Shown here: positions 41,850 through 56,335 of the stretch, piece after piece
How the letters are laid out: every line of letters starts with the position of its first letter
Position numbering within the stretch: the first letter of the stretch is position 1
Source of the DNA: the human T2T-CHM13v2.0 reference genome, Homo sapiens
Assembly: GCF_009914755.1 (NCBI RefSeq)
Contig: NC_060933.1
Reading direction: 5' to 3' (one strand)
DNA: 64,000 nt
The notes under the pieces: model-generated
The model's database searches: none
Told to the model about the DNA's origin: nothing
Seen by the model: only the letters and a program-made list of their open reading frames with translations
Made by a program: the position numbers and the translations under genes

Positions 41850-44800
41850 CTCTTACTATAAACACATAGAAATGCTAGATAAAATACAGCTAAAAACAAT
41901 TTTAATAAATGCTGAGCTTAAAAAAAAAAATACCTGGTACCAGAACTTAAGAAGAATTTGAAGTCAGAATTGCAAACTTCCTAAAGACTTGGTGGCTTAA
42001 GAGGATAGTGGACATAGATATACGTCCTAAAAATTATGAAGAGTAATTATTCAAAAAAGAGCAGGAGGTGTGGTGTTGACTGCTAGTTAAGTCCAGGAGC
42101 TGGAATTTGATCCCCCTTTTCATAAAACAAGGGCACTGAAGGGACTATCCTTTCAGTAAAAGAATTCAAAAGAATCCACCCAGCAACCAAAACAGGCCAC
42201 AAGAAATTTTCTATGGTTTGAGAAAAAAGGGTTTCCATAGAAAACTGAAATCCCAGGCCTCAGGCATGGGTGGGTATTGATTCTGAATTTGCATTATCCT
42301 TATTGTGGGGGAAACTCCAAGACTTAAATTTGTTCCTGACTGGAGAAATTAACCACTCATTAAGGACACTCCTATAACTCTAGAGGAATGAAATTACAGT
42401 AAAATAAAACAAAAATAATAACAAGAAATTCTTAATGAAGAGGCACTGACGAAGATTCCAAACCGTCTAAGATAATGATTCACTATAGGAGGAGTTAGCA
42501 CACCAAAACACAAGATAATTTAAATTCCAAGAACCTGAGATTAAACAAACTAAAAGATGCTATAAAAGTAAACAAGAAGAATTAGAAACCATCAGGAAGG
42601 AAGAACATAAATTGTTTAAAAAAAACAAAAAACAAAAAAACATTTTTTTCCCAGGAAAAAACCCAAAAACTTTTGTAGAAATAAAATATATAGTAATTGA
42701 AATTGGAAAAAAAGACCAATAAACAAAAACCCACACTCAAAGGAAGGAGTGACACATCAGTTTAGACCCATCCAAAGAGAGAAATTGACTCCTGGAAGAG
42801 CTGAGGAGTCACCCAGATTAACTTGAAGGTAGAAGGATTTAAAATTATGAAAGAAATGTTAAATGGTTAAAAGACAGCAATAGAATGATTAGCTTTAATA
42901 TATTTAAAATGATTTAAAGAGGGAATAGAAAGAATGGAAAGAATAACATTCAAGCTGCTAAACATGAAGCTTTATGCAACAGATGAAACACATGAATCCT
43001 TAGGTTCAAGGAGGACAAAATTCCCACATATTTTCAGTTCCAGCCATGAAGAAGTACTACCCTAACTTTTCTACCAAAAATATATAAAACAAAGGTCTGA
43101 AGGTATTGGTGAGCAACAAACAGAGGCGTGACATAAGAGTCTACGATCCTTAAGAGAATGGACACATATCTCCAATTCCCCTCACAATCTTTGAAGGGCA
43201 TTTATCAAACAAAGGCACAGGGAAAGAGAGTTTGAATCAAAATTGGCTGTATTCCTGGACTGAAAAGACAGAGGTCAGAATCTGAGGCAGGCAAAATTCT
43301 AGAGAGTAGGGAACCACAGAAACAAAGTTTAAACATTGACATTCAAATTCCCTTCAAGGAATTGGTCAACTTTTTAGCTGAACATGTACATGTTAAAAAT
43401 CCAAGGAAAACATGGGAAGTTGCAAAGTTGAACAAAGATTTCAGCATCTATGTGTGTTAACAAGACAGGGATTAAAACTCAAATCCTGCCATGACGGTGG
43501 GGTTTTGGGAAATAGCCTTGGCTCTTCTTCGATGAGACCCAATGCAAGTGCAACAGCCTTAAAAGTAAGGCCGTACTTTAGGATTAAGAGTTATATCCTA
43601 AGAATAAGATAAAAATGAAAAGAGGCCAATTCAAACAAATTCTTGATAAAATTAATATATTCAATAAGTACCCTATTTTCCTGTCATAAAAAAAGTTCTT
43701 TTTGGTGGAAGATGTCCTCAGAAAAATCCTCTACAATTCTTCATTCACAATATTCAGCAACTAAACAAAAATGTAAACATATGCTAAGAACAGGATTAAG
43801 TGAATGAAGATGAAGAGAAAAAAATAGATTTAAAGGCAGAGCCAGAGGTGATATATTATTGACATATCACCAGATTTTAAAATAATTGCAATTAGTATTT
43901 TTTAGAAAATAGCAAAGCTGAAAAATACGACACAGAAAATTCTCGATATTTTTGTCTGTTTTGCTCAAATTGTTATTTGGAATATTTAGGAATGTAAAAG
44001 GACAGTCTAGAATTGAAAAATACAGTCTCCTACATTTAGAACTCATTGTGAAATGGGAAAGCTCCCTTATCCCCCTTGCAGGGTGTGACAGGGGGAGTGG
44101 CTCGCTTCTTCAGTGCCCTGCTACTCAAACCTCTAGGGGTCATACAGATGGGCAGGTGATGGGATTCTGACCCCACGGCAGCATCTAGAGGTGAATGTTT
44201 ACAGTTCCTGAAGCCCCAGTGGGTGTGTGCTCCTTTAGGTTTGCCATCTGTAGGCAGCTTGTGTTAACTAAATCATTTAGACTCCTGCCTTATTGCAAGG
44301 ACAGAGGGCTTTCTGTATCCCAGGGTTCTTGCCTTGGTCTACTGGAAGAATCAGATCACAGGTGGGCTCTTAGAATGAGTGCAAGGTTTTATTGAGCGGA
44401 AGTAGATTTTAGCAGATGGGGCAGCCAGAAGGGAGATGGTTTTCCCCTGGAGTCGGGCTACTTGGCAGCCTGGGCTCTCCTCTGACTGCTCCGGCTAAAC
44501 TGCGCCTCATTCCTCTATCAGTGGCCTGCTAGCATGGTGGTGTCTGTCCTGTGCTCTTCTGCTGGTGTGCTCCCCTCGACCTCCTCTCGACGTCCAGCAG
44601 CTTGTGTGTCTGCCTGCTAGGGTCTTGTGTTAATAGGCACAGGATGGGGGTGTGGCAGGCCATGGTGGTTTTGGGAAATGCAACATTTGGGAAAGAAAAC
44701 AAAAATACCTGTCCTCACCTAGGTCCATGAGCACAGGCCCAGGGGTGGAGCCCTAGCCAGGGACCATGCCCTTCTCTACCCGGCACTTCCCTTCTTCCCT

Positions 44801-46090
44801 ATTCAAAGGGACCACACCCTTCCCTTTCCAGCACTTCCCGTCTGTGTCAATTAGATGGCTTTGACAGTTTATTGGGCACAGCAGAAAATAAGATTAAAAC
44901 AGGAAGGTAGTTCAGTTAAAAAACAGTCAAGCTAAAGAACACACACGTGAATGAAAAAGAACAGGGAATAAGAAACATGGTGAGCAGTAAAAGACATTTG
45001 AAAAAGAAATATTAAACAATGAGAAAGAGACAGTGGAGCAAAAACAATGTATCAAGAAGTAATGACTAAAAGTTTTCCATACAGATAAAAGGCATCAGCC
45101 AAGATTCAAAAATCTTTGGGAACCCCAGACAGAGAATACCACACTTGGGCACATCATAGTCAAGTTGCTCAACTCGGTCAAAGAGAAATATCTTAAAGGC
45201 AGCCAGAGAAAAAGGATATTTTATCCTCAAAGGAACAACAGTAAGACTGAGTTGACTTTCAATAGAAAATAGGAAAAGCAGAAATTTAATAAAAATTAAT
45301 GTGCTAGTATCAATGAGAAATCTTCTTACCTGGAATTCTATATGCAGCAAAATATCTTTCAAAAATAAAAGATTAAAATAAAGATGCCTTGAGACAAAAA
45401 TTGAGAGATTTGGTTGCCAGCAGACCTGTATCCCCCAAAATACTAAAGTATATTCTTAAGGGTGAAGAAAAATAATCCCAAATAACATAGAACTTCAGGG
45501 AGGAAAGAAAAACAATAGGCAGAAAAACATGTGGGTAAATATAAATGAATTTTGGCTACTTAAAACAACAACCAAAATATTCTATAAGGATTATCACATA
45601 TATAGGAGCAAAATGTATGTCGCCAATACCACAAAGGATGGGAGAGGGGAAATGGAAATGTTAGTTGTAAATTCCTTGGATTATTTGAGAAGAATATTTA
45701 AGATAGAGTATAGCATGTCAGAGATATGTACCATAAATTGTAGGATAACAACTGAAAATATATAAGATATATGTACAAATACAGGAGGAGAATTAAGTTA
45801 AAAATATTTGATTAATCCAAATCAATGTAAGAAGGAATAAAAGATAGACATAGACCAAATGAAAAATAAATAAAAGGTAGATTTAAGCTAAACTAGATCA
45901 GTAAGTACATTAAGTTAAAGTAGCTAAACACACCCCTTAAAAGATAAAGATTGTAAGAATGTAGTAAAGAAGAAAAAACAAGTCCTGCTTCAAAGAAGTG
46001 CTCTATAAATATAAGGAAAATGATACATCATATAAACATTTACAGTGAAGTTTACTCTATATAATCTTTTATATTAAAATTAGATAAAGT
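41850..46090 (+). mobile_element. Ancient L1M 5' UTR/ORF1 remnants (probably two elements), split by an LTR1-like insertion
   Basis: AAATGCTAGATAAAATA 5'-type motif; ORF1 coiled-coil-like LELKNT..NS|LDGFDSLLGTAENKI across the LTR; AAAATCTT..AAAGGCAGCCAGAGAAAAAGGA ORF1 motifs. Confidence 0.7.
44047..44849 (-). mobile_element. LTR1-like (ERV1, HUERS-P related) solo LTR
   Basis: Minus-strand start TGACAC..GGAAGTGCTGGAAAGGGAAGGGTGTGGTCCCTTT..GGTCCCTGGCTAGGGCTCCACCCC..GGACCTAGGTGAGGACAGG; AATAAA on minus; TG...CA ends; interrupts L1 ORF1. Confidence 0.8.
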
Positions 46091-46094
46091 TGGT

Positions 46095-47220
46095 TCTTTT
46101 TACTTTATTGTCATGTAAAATAGATACAGTAAAATTTATCCTTTTACAAAACTGTCCTATGTTCTGTGAGTTTTGACAAATAGCTACAGACCTCTAACCA
46201 CCGTCACAATCGAGATACAGAACAAGTCCATCACTCTTCCCCTCTGCCAAATGTGTCATGGTGCAGTCTCTATTTATTCAGCTTGTTTTCACTAGCCATG
46301 GCAATCACTGATCTGTTTTATGTCCATATAATTTTGGCTTTTTCACAATGTCATACAAATGGAATCATACAGGATGGAGTCTTTGAGTCTGACTTCTTTC
46401 ACTTGCATAAAGCACTTGAGATTCACCTATGCCGTTTTGTGTATTCGTTCTTCATTTCTTTCTTTCTTGGCAGTATTCTGTTGCATAGATATACCAGAAT
46501 TTGTTTAACCAGTACCTAGTTCAAACATTTGTATTGTTTCCAGTTTTGAATGATAACAAATAAAGCCACTTAAGCTTTCACGTACAGTTTTTGTGTGAAC
46601 ACAAGTTCTCATTTCACTTGAATAAATACCTGGGAGAGGGATTTCTGGTTTGTATGATAACTATATTTTTAGCTTGATAAGAAACTGTCAAATTGTTTCT
46701 CAAAGTGTCTATATTATTTTGCATTCCCACAGCAATGTGTGAACGATCCAGTTGCTCTACGTCCTTGCCAGCAGTTAGTATGGTAAGTATTTTCAAAATG
46801 TTATCTATTCAAATAGATGGTTAGTGGTAGCTCATTGTGGCTTTAATTTGCATTTTCCTAATGGCTAACTTTCCTAATCTTTTCATGTACTTATTTGCCA
46901 TACGTATCTTTTTTGGTTAAATGTCTGTTCATATGTTTTGCCTGCCAATTTCTTTTCTTGTTAGTGAGTTTTGAGAGTTCCTTATATATTCTACATACAA
47001 GTCTTTTATTAGATATATGATCTGCAAATGTTTTCGCCCACTTTGTGGCTTCTCTATTCTATTCTCTTACAAGTATTTTTCAAACAGCAGAAATTCTTAA
47101 TTAAATTTATTTACTTTTTCTTTTATAACTGTGCTTGGTTGTCACGTCTAAGAGATTGTTGCGAGCCCCCAATAAGCAAAGATTATTTTCCCAATTTTTG
47201 CTAGATGCTTTATGGTTTTT
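46095..47220 (-). mobile_element. L1MB/MC-type 3' fragment
   Basis: TGTTCTGTGAGTTTTGACAAAT, AAATGGAATCATACAG, TTTGCATTCCCACAGCAATG, CATTGTGGCTTTAATTTGCATTT. Confidence 0.85.
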
Positions 47221-47224
47221 GATT

Positions 47225-48060
47225 AGTGAAGATATGATTGGAGGAGAAAATTCAGGGGCTTTGAAAATACTATCACGGTTCTATGTTTTTTAACCTGTGT
47301 GGTATTTACATGGGTGCTTGCTTTATTTTTTTTTAAAATGCTATATATCTGTACATCCCTGGGTATGTTTACAATAAAAAATTAGAAGAAGAGTATGACA
47401 AAAATTTGACATCCATTCATGTCGTGGGAAAAATAAGCTGTAAATATCATACTTAATGGAGAAAGATTTGCAGCATTCTCTTTGAAGTACACTAGACAAG
47501 TTTGCTCACCATAACCACTTCTATTCAGCATTGTTTCAGAGGGCCTGGCCTCTGAAATAAAATAAAAATCAGAACAAATAAATATTCAAAATGATTATAA
47601 AGATTATTTCTATATAATATCTGAGACAATCTACTAACAAGCTATTAGAATTAGTTTTAAAAATTTCACATAGTTTCTGGAAATAAGATTAACATAAAAG
47701 ATAAATAATGTGTAATACGCTATGACTCATTTTAACAAATCATTTTAAATGTAGTTAAAATATTCCATTCAAAAGAGCAATGAATATAATAAAACACATA
47801 CAAGTCTTTCTGCATGGAAAAGTTTAAATTATGTGTAAGGACCTAAGGAAGGCTAATATAAATGGATACACTGTTTTATGAATGGAAAGACATGCATGTT
47901 AAAGATAAATTCACAGTCCCAATTCTGAGTATGTTTTTATGGAGCTTGACAAGGTGATGTTAAAATTCATTTGAAAGACAAAGGCTAAAGAACTCAAGAC
48001 AGGGTCAAAGAAAATAAAAAAGAGAAAAATTTCTCCAAGAGACTTGGTATAAATTGTTTT
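47225..48060 (+). mobile_element. Old L1M remnants (3' end plus ORF2 piece)
   Basis: AAATATCATACTTAATGGAGAAAGATT, CCACTTCTATTCAGCATTG, GGAGCTTGACAAGGTGATGTTAAAATTCAT. Confidence 0.7.
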
Positions 48061-48084
48061 CTATCTGGTGGCACCTACTTTAAG

Positions 48085-48330
48085 ATTTAATCAATGTCTT
48101 CTATTCTATGAAGCCTTCTCAGCCTATGACAATTCCCCTCCCATGTAATTTCATTGCATTCTCTGCTTATCTCTTTCATAGTATTTATCATAGTGTTTAT
48201 CATAACTGTGCTGAGATTTGTATTTACTCCTTTATCTCCTGACTGAGCTATTAAGTGATTGTGCAGTTCATCTTTGTATACCCAGAGTGCCACATGGGAT
48301 GTAGCTCACAATAAAGTTAATAAATGTCAG
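48085..48330 (+). mobile_element. L2 3'-end fragment
   Basis: CTATGAAGCCTTCTC..GACTGAGCT..TTCATCTTTGTATACCCAGAG..CAATAAA. Confidence 0.7.
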
Positions 48331-51300
48331 CTGCTTGCTCTCTGGCTTTACCATTAGTATTTCTTGGTAAGATGAGCTTATTGTTTCCATTAAGTTCCTC
48401 ACCTAGGCTTTGGCAAAGGACATTAAAGTTTGGTCATTTTTCATACTTAACTACCTGGGGCTCAATTTTAAAGTGATGTCTGCAAGTAGCTCTTTGTTAC
48501 TATCCATGTTTTCTCTAATGTTGAATAGAGTCGTGAGTAAGAATGCATTATGGAGTTTCTTATCTGAAAAAAGCTTAGATTATATCCATTTCACCCCTCC
48601 TTTCAGATTACAAACAGGGACTCAGGCTGCTCAGATAATTTCATTTAAAAATAACTTCAGTTATGTTTTATCTGTTGCATACTATTTCTACTTCCTGACT
48701 TGAAATTAAATTGAAATCTCAAATTGATCATTTATAAATCTGACAATGAAAAGAGCCCGGAAACTGACAATATAGGAAAATATGTAGAAGCTAAAGGGAT
48801 AATAAAGTACAATACGTGATGTTTAAATATGCATAGCATGTTATTTTTACCTATAATATTCTCTTCATCCTGCCTCACAATTAAGCTTAACTCATTAAAA
48901 GTTATTGGGAAATGGAGAATCATACTTAAGGGACTATTCAAGAGAATTTCAGCTTATACTCTCAAAGCCTAAATAAAAGTATTCTATATTTGTACAAGCT
49001 ACCCTCAGGCAGTTGTTTATGTTCAGCAAAGAGTTATGTAACCTTTTGATTTCAGTTACCTCTTTCATTAAAGAAACAATTCTGAATACCATTATTTATT
49101 TCCTTTTGGAATCTCACCAGGTGAAACGATCATTCTAATTCTATGTATGTTGGCTACCAGAAAACTTTGGCATTGGTTTTGCAGTTTATACATCCTGTTT
49201 GTGTTCTCTCACATTGTGAGCAGTCTTCCTATTTGCTTATACAATAGCTCTCTCCACATCTACACTCCCCCTTGTTTTTCTTGTGTAATTTCTTATGTCA
49301 TTAGAGCTTACCTATTGAAAATTTTTAATTAACGCCACAATGCAGCCAATGCGTTTAGTTTTTTGGCGATGTGCTTTGGAGGAATCCTTTTTACAGTAAC
49401 ATAAATAATCAAGTATTAATTTGAATCCCCCCAAAACTATTTTCATACATGAGAAATCAATTTCAACGAAAAGAGAAAGTTAAGAAGTTTTCACAAAAAC
49501 AACCTCAATACAACTAAAAGGACTTGCTATTGGAAATTAAGGTACAAATAATCGAACTGTACAATCACAGGAGTTTATAGAGCAAAAAGACAATGCTGAG
49601 TGCTATCATACTTGATTGACATAAGTGCATTGATGTGATGTGAGTAGTAGTTGCAATTAGGAGAACTATTGAATGATACAATGCGAACTCATCTTCTCCC
49701 CCGACAAACAGGAGACAGGAACACTTGCCACTTCGGTGGAAGTCAAGGGCAGATTGTCATTGCAGAAGTGCTCAATCATTTCCTTCTGTGGGAGGACTCA
49801 TGCTTCCACTTCTTACTGCTTTATAGAAGAATGTGAAAGATTGGAGATTTTTATTAGCTTTTAAGAAAGAATCCTCAGTACATTGAAAAGATGATTTAAT
49901 AATATCTGCCATCAAAATTGTAATAATTAGCTGATGATGATATGACATTAAAAATACAAGAACTTGAAAACATAGGCACAGCTCCATATATAGAATGCTA
50001 TGGTGCCATTATTTTTCAGTTTTGATAAAAGTCTGCAGAGGGTATAGGATGAAAATGAATGCATAAATAATTAATTTTAATCTATTTTCCTGCCTCTCCT
50101 CAATAGGCAACAATTCTTGTAACTTACCAACATAACATCAAACACATAAAACAGCATTTTTTAAAATCCAAATTTTATTGTTTCAAATTGAATATATGCT
50201 TGAATTTTTCCATTTCTATGTTCATTTTTGGTATTGTTCATGTAAAGTCAGGCGGTAAAGTGGAAAAGAACTGTTAGAAACATGATCTTGCCAAAGAATA
50301 AACTTCTGCAAAAGGATTTTAAAGCAAAACCAAAAAAGGAATGTGATTTAGTACTGATACATTTACAGCAGGATGTGAATGCTATGGGTTGGAAGATTAC
50401 AGTGGGTAGAATATTTCTCTTTTCTCTCCCGTTCATAGAATTTCAACAGTGGATTAGTATTTTTGGATAATGTTCAAAATGTACAAAATTAAAAGACTGA
50501 TGCTACAAGTCCTATCATCCACAGTTTTATTTAATAAGCCTTTCCTAAATCAGTGATTTTGAAATGTACTTTTGCTGACCTATTACTGTTTTTCCTCATC
50601 CATTCAATTTACAGCAAATGTATGAATAACGTACTTTTATTATTAATAGTAAATTTGACGTTTCTTTCAGGAGTTAATCTTATTCATGTTTTAGACTTCT
50701 TAAGGGTTTATGCTTATGGGTTTTAAATCATACTCCAAATCCCATGAAATACACATAATTTCAGATCTATTTCATGTTGTGAATAAAGGGACATATTCTT
50801 TCCTACCAGCTTGTCTCCAAAGGCATGGCATTCTTCTGCTTTACTTAGTGTATTGATCCACAGCCAGCAGGAAGAGAATATAGCTTAGCCCTAGGCAGCT
50901 GAAGGTTGTGCTCTCTTGTTTATTGGTTTGTTTTTCACCCTATTCCTCCCACTTCCTTCAAGGCCCCTTAGAACTTTTTCTAATTTTCTTACATATTAAA
51001 TAGCATATGCCAGTCTGAGGAAGTCACTGTGCAATTGTTTTTAAAACTTACTCTGTCCTGTTCAGATTGGCTTTTAGAAGCACTTTTGACTTTTTTTTTT
51101 TTTTTTAACGTTGACCGAATTCAAATTGTAAAAAGGAGAGTCTGGTTTAGATTTTTGAACAATCATTTCAGTATAAATGGGGCCCTGATGATGGGGTTCT
51201 GCATGAGCCAGACTTGTGGCTTCTTGTAGTTTTCCTTATTTTTCTGTTTTAGCCACAGAAGTAATACATAAGCTTAAAGAGAAGGTCTCTCAAAGGGTGT

Positions 51301-51738
51301 GGTACAAGGACTTTGAGTCCTTTGGTTGAGGAGGACACATGAACAGATAAGTTTCTATTTAGAGTAATTAGAATAAGTAGCTAATTAAAGGTTTCTTGGC
51401 ACTTAAGTATAGAAACAGGCTGAAGTGGCTCTGCTGTCCTCAAGCTTGAAGTACTGCCAAAGTGAACAGTTTGGACAATTTTTGATGCTAGGAAAGTGGT
51501 CACATTGGGTTCTATTTAGGTTTGGGAAGTAAAACTACCTTGCTTAACAGATTAAGTAAGAATGAATTTTAAGACGTTATTTATCCTGAGTGAATGTATT
51601 GTATATCCAGGTATTTAAATTTCTTCCAATCTTGCTCTAAATTATATTTTTCTTTAGTAATATTAAAAAGTAATAATAGCAATTCTGATTTATAAATATT
51701 TATACCCTCAATGAATAAGACCAATTTCTTTAGAAAAG

Positions 51739-52032
<294 letters not shown>

Positions 52033-52744
52033 TAAATTTCTTTAGCATTAGATTCAAGACCCTTCACATCTGATTTGCCTTTAGGGACACCAGATAGACT
52101 GTGCTAGAAAATAGTCATTGATCTATTTAGGGTGGCTGGTGATCTACATCAGGTACTATGAAGTTGGAAGAGTCATAGAACTGCTACAAACAAAAGTCTG
52201 ATGGGGAATTAGTGATTTGATTCTGGTCTTAAATACAAATAAATACTATAGACAAAGAGACAGAGCCAAATAATAAGTGGATGGTCCTTCCTCTCTGTTT
52301 TATATCTCTTGTATGATTATTTGAGATTCTTTGTGCTCATTTCTACAGACCCTGTGGCTGCCTATTGTTGTGCCCATTGACTGTCCTGTCCCTTATTCTG
52401 GTGCCAGTTCATGTCTTGTCCAGACCTAATTCTTCAGGGGTGAGCTGGACAGTGAACAAAGAACAAGAGAGATAGGAAGAGCTTCTTCCCTTCTCTGTCT
52501 ACCACTGCATTTGACTTAACTAATATTTCCAGCTAACAGGGAAAGTCAGTTTTTCCACGAAAAATGACAAGTGTCCTGAATGAATAGGATCTTTCTAGGA
52601 GAAACCGAGATCTAGAAGAGAAATATCTCTGAGAGATAATGCATGGGGAGGAGACATAACTTCTGCAAGCTGGGGAAATAGCTTCCCTTGCTCCTGGATA
52701 AAAGGAGGAGTGGTCAGTCTTTTCAAGTCCAAATTGGCACACAG

Positions 52745-52880
52745 TATTTATAATCTGAAAGTTTATGTTCCTTACAAATTCATGTTGAAATCCGAACCTC
52801 CAAGGTGATGGTATTAGGTGATGGGGCTTTTGGGAAGTAGGTCATGAGGACTGTCCCCTCATTGCGGGAAATAAGACTTA
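52745..52880 (+). mobile_element. MLT1A/B LTR 5' fragment
   Basis: AAATTCATGTTGAAATCC..AAGGTGATGGTATTAGGTGATGGGGCTTTTGGGAAG. Confidence 0.75.
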
Positions 52881-53329
52881 GTCCCTAACAGGCTTTTGTA
52901 TTTCCATTTAAATAAGGTCACCACTAAGAATATGATTTCCGTATGATTCTTACAAACCATTAATCAGCAAAAGGTGTAAATGGAATTATATTTGGCACAA
53001 ATAGAAAATGACTTATGTAAAACCAAATTAGAATCATATTTACTAAATAATAAAGTAAATCTGCATTTTGAAAAATGAATAGTACAGCAATTCCAGGTAT
53101 TATATTAAGCATTTTAACAAGGAAGCTTATGCAAAGAATATTAGTAAAGCTGTGACCGCAAATTTCTTTTTTTCCTGTTAGGTATGAACCAAATACTAAA
53201 ACTCTACTAACAACTAGATAGTAGTTTTAACTCGTTTGAAGACACAGTTGAAGATATTAAGTAACAGGTGGAAGGACTGATTAATCTCTGCTGAATAAAC
53301 GCTCTAATATGTTGTATTTGTACATACTG

Positions 53330-53545
53330 GTATAAATGAAAAATTGTGAACTTTGGAGCCAAGACATACCTAAGTTTTATCCTATATGACTTTGGGATAA
53401 TTTACTGAATGTCTCTGAAACTCAGTTACAATCTAAAAAATGGGATAATAAAAACTAAGAAGACAATTGTCAAGAGGATTAAATGTGTACAGCCTGCCAT
53501 AATGTAAAGCACCTGGTAGGTTCAATAAATATTAGCTTTCCTTCT
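53330..53545 (+). mobile_element. MIR SINE
   Basis: ACTTTGGAGCCAAGAC..TCTCTGAAACTCAGTT..AAAATGGGATAATA..GGATTAAATG..CAATAAATATTAGCT. Confidence 0.8.
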
Positions 53546-54879
53546 CTCAGTCTTTATTTGCTCTCTTTTTCAGTCACCCCACTTTTACAATACCCCAGAC
53601 AAGATGGAACAGCTGATTTCTAACTAAATAAAAACTACAGTAAAATCCTAACAGAATCTGTTGAAAATAACACTTCCACTTGTGTATGATGATATTAATA
53701 CCTTAAGATAATCATTACAGTCCATTTGTTGAGAAATACTCATTTGCTCATGGGCTGATCAGACTTGCCCGAGCTCAGGGAAAAGACAAATTCCTCCTTC
53801 TATTTAGCATGTTAATCTGTGAATATACAAAAATAAATGAGAATTTTAGAAAGGTATTTTTCTCTATTTCCTTAAAATTAGTTTCACTGTGAAAAATGAA
53901 ATTGTTTTAAAGCTTAGTACAAATAGTGAGAAAAGTTTTATAAATCATTCAAAGGACCTTTTAACTCTAAAAATTATTATTTTGGCATTCAGTATGCTGA
54001 CTCAATTGACAAGTATAGAGGCTGAAATGTGGGGTGTTTGCTATTGTGAAATAGTTATTTTTTTAGAGTGCAGGTGAAATTAGAAAAAGTGGAAAAGGTG
54101 TGTGTATGTGTGTGTGTTTTAATTCTTCAGATTTTAATGCAAATAGATTGGAGGGGTAGATAGGCACGCTGGGATAAACAAAGTAGTTGACACCTATGTC
54201 AAAGGGGTAATTTCTTCATCCATTGACACATATGTGAGCATTGCTTTCGGATATATGAAAAGGAGAAAGAGAACTGTTGATATTAATTTGAACAAAATGC
54301 ATCTGGGTATGTGAATGTGTATGCACACATGCACGTGTGTGAAGAGCAAGAAAGACAGACAAAAATAGTCTTCTCCTCCTCTTCGCAGCAGACGTGGGTC
54401 TCTTTTCTGCATATGTCTTGGATAACCTCATCTATTCTTATATGTGAACTATTTTGCTAATAGATTCATACTGTAATGCAAAGTAAATCTCATCATCTCT
54501 GTTTGCTAGACATACTTTTACCTCAAACTCAATATGCCTAAAGTAGAAGGCTTTGTCCCACATCTTCCCTGCCCACCAAACAAACTAGTCCTGACATTAA
54601 AAATTCAGAGATTTGGAGCTGGAAGGAAATTTCAGTTTATGTATCCTGACCTCCCAGAAACCACCATGTAATGCCACCCATAGTAATCTGTGAGTTGGTC
54701 ATCTAACTACATTTTCAAAGCTGAGGAGCTCATTACTTGACCAGATAATCTATTACATGAAAAAGGAAGATATTATCTTGCAAGACAACCCTTTTCATAC
54801 ACACGTATATTTATCTATATATATGTATGTATGTCTATAAGTGATTAAGAGAATAGTACACAGATTGTTGTCTACTACA

Positions 54880-55100
54880 TGTCAGATAAACTATTAGTCT
54901 TAAATCCCAGCTCTGCTCCTTACGTACTAGATACAATCTTTGTCCTGTTACCTAACTTCTTTATGCTTTGATTTGCTTATTTGTAAAATTAGATTAACAA
55001 CACTGTGGCGGGGCTTTTGTGAGGAGGAAATAATACATAGAAAATCCTTAGCATGGTGTCTGGCCCATAGTAAGTGCTAAGTAACTTATTATCATTGATA
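54880..55100 (+). mobile_element. MIR SINE
   Basis: AAATCCCAGCTCTGCTCCTTAC..TTAGCATGGTGTCTGGCCCATAGTAAGTGCT. Confidence 0.8.
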
Positions 55101-55109
55101 TTATTATGA

Positions 55110-55940
55110 CATATTTTATACATACAGAAAGGTAAAAGCATTACAGTAGTTTTTCTTGTCTGTAGGGGATAAGTTCCAAGACTGCCTGTGAATACTTGAA
55201 ATCATTGATAGTACTGAGCTCTATATATACAATACTATGTTTTTTTGAGCTGATAACCTAGATGGCTACTAAGTAACTAATGGGCAGGTAGCATATAGGG
55301 TGCACAGGGACAAAGAGATGATTCACATCGCAGGCAGGTCTGTGCCGTATTTCATCATGCTACTCAGAACAGCACACAATGTAAATCTTATAAATTGTTT
55401 ATTTCTGTAATTTTCCATTTAATATTATTGGACCATGGTTGACCACAAGTAACTGAGACCACAGAAAGTGAAAGGGGGGACTACAGTATGTAATTAGTAC
55501 CCATGTCCCTACCACTCATAGTAAGAAATAAAGTATTAACTAATATAATTCAAGTCCCTGTCTATCTCTCTCTGGCCCTACTTTTTTTTTTTTTCCTAAA
55601 GGTTAACCTCTACTTAAATTTGGTATTCACCCTTCCTATGGATCTATTACTAAGTTTGTTAAATCAATAAATATCTATAAGCAATGCATAGTACTGCGTT
55701 ACATGCTTCCTAACTTCATATGAATGGTATAACACGTTGTGTTTTCCTTTGCCACTTGCTCTTACTATTCAGCAATACATTTGTGAGATTTATCAATGTG
55801 GATAAAAGCTAGTTCTAGCTCACTCATTTTCACAGCTGTACTTTATTACATTGTATAGATATATCACACTTTATGCAGTTTTCTCTTATAAGTCATTGAG
55901 TTGACATCAACGTTTTTGCCAATATAAACAATGCCGCAAG
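55110..55940 (-). mobile_element. Old L1M 3'-end remnant split by MER44A
   Basis: ATACATACAGAAAG before the MITE; CATATGAATGGTATAA, TTTGTGAGATTTATC, TATAAACAATGCCGCAA after it. Confidence 0.65.
55144..55486. mobile_element. MER44A (Tigger7-derived MITE)
   Basis: CAGTAGT.. / ..GGGGGGACTACAG termini, TA target duplication on both sides, internal GTTCCAAGAC, GGCTACTAAGT, CATGCTACTCAGAAC. Confidence 0.9.
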
Positions 55941-56335
55941 GGTATTTAAACATGGGATGGCGAACAACCGATCTCTCAAGTTGATTTGAAATTTGCCTCC
56001 ATGCAATCTCCATGCATTGTTTCTAACTCTTCCCTGTGAATATATACTGAGTTCTCATATTTCTTGTATATTTAGGTCTTGCAACTGTGATTTTAAAATG
56101 AGCTTATTTTATATAAAAAACTCTCACCGATCCCAGTTTTATTTAATACCTTTTGAAATTGTGCAACTAGTGCATGTGTGTCATAAAAATCATCACAACA
56201 ATCTACAAGGGCATAAATGTAAGCGGTAGTAACTATCTGCCGCTTGCTAGTGATTACTGCCTGTTAGAGTTTGGCAAGCATGTTTCCAGTCTTTTCCTAT
56301 GCTCATATCCATACCTTCAAACATGTACGTGTTAC

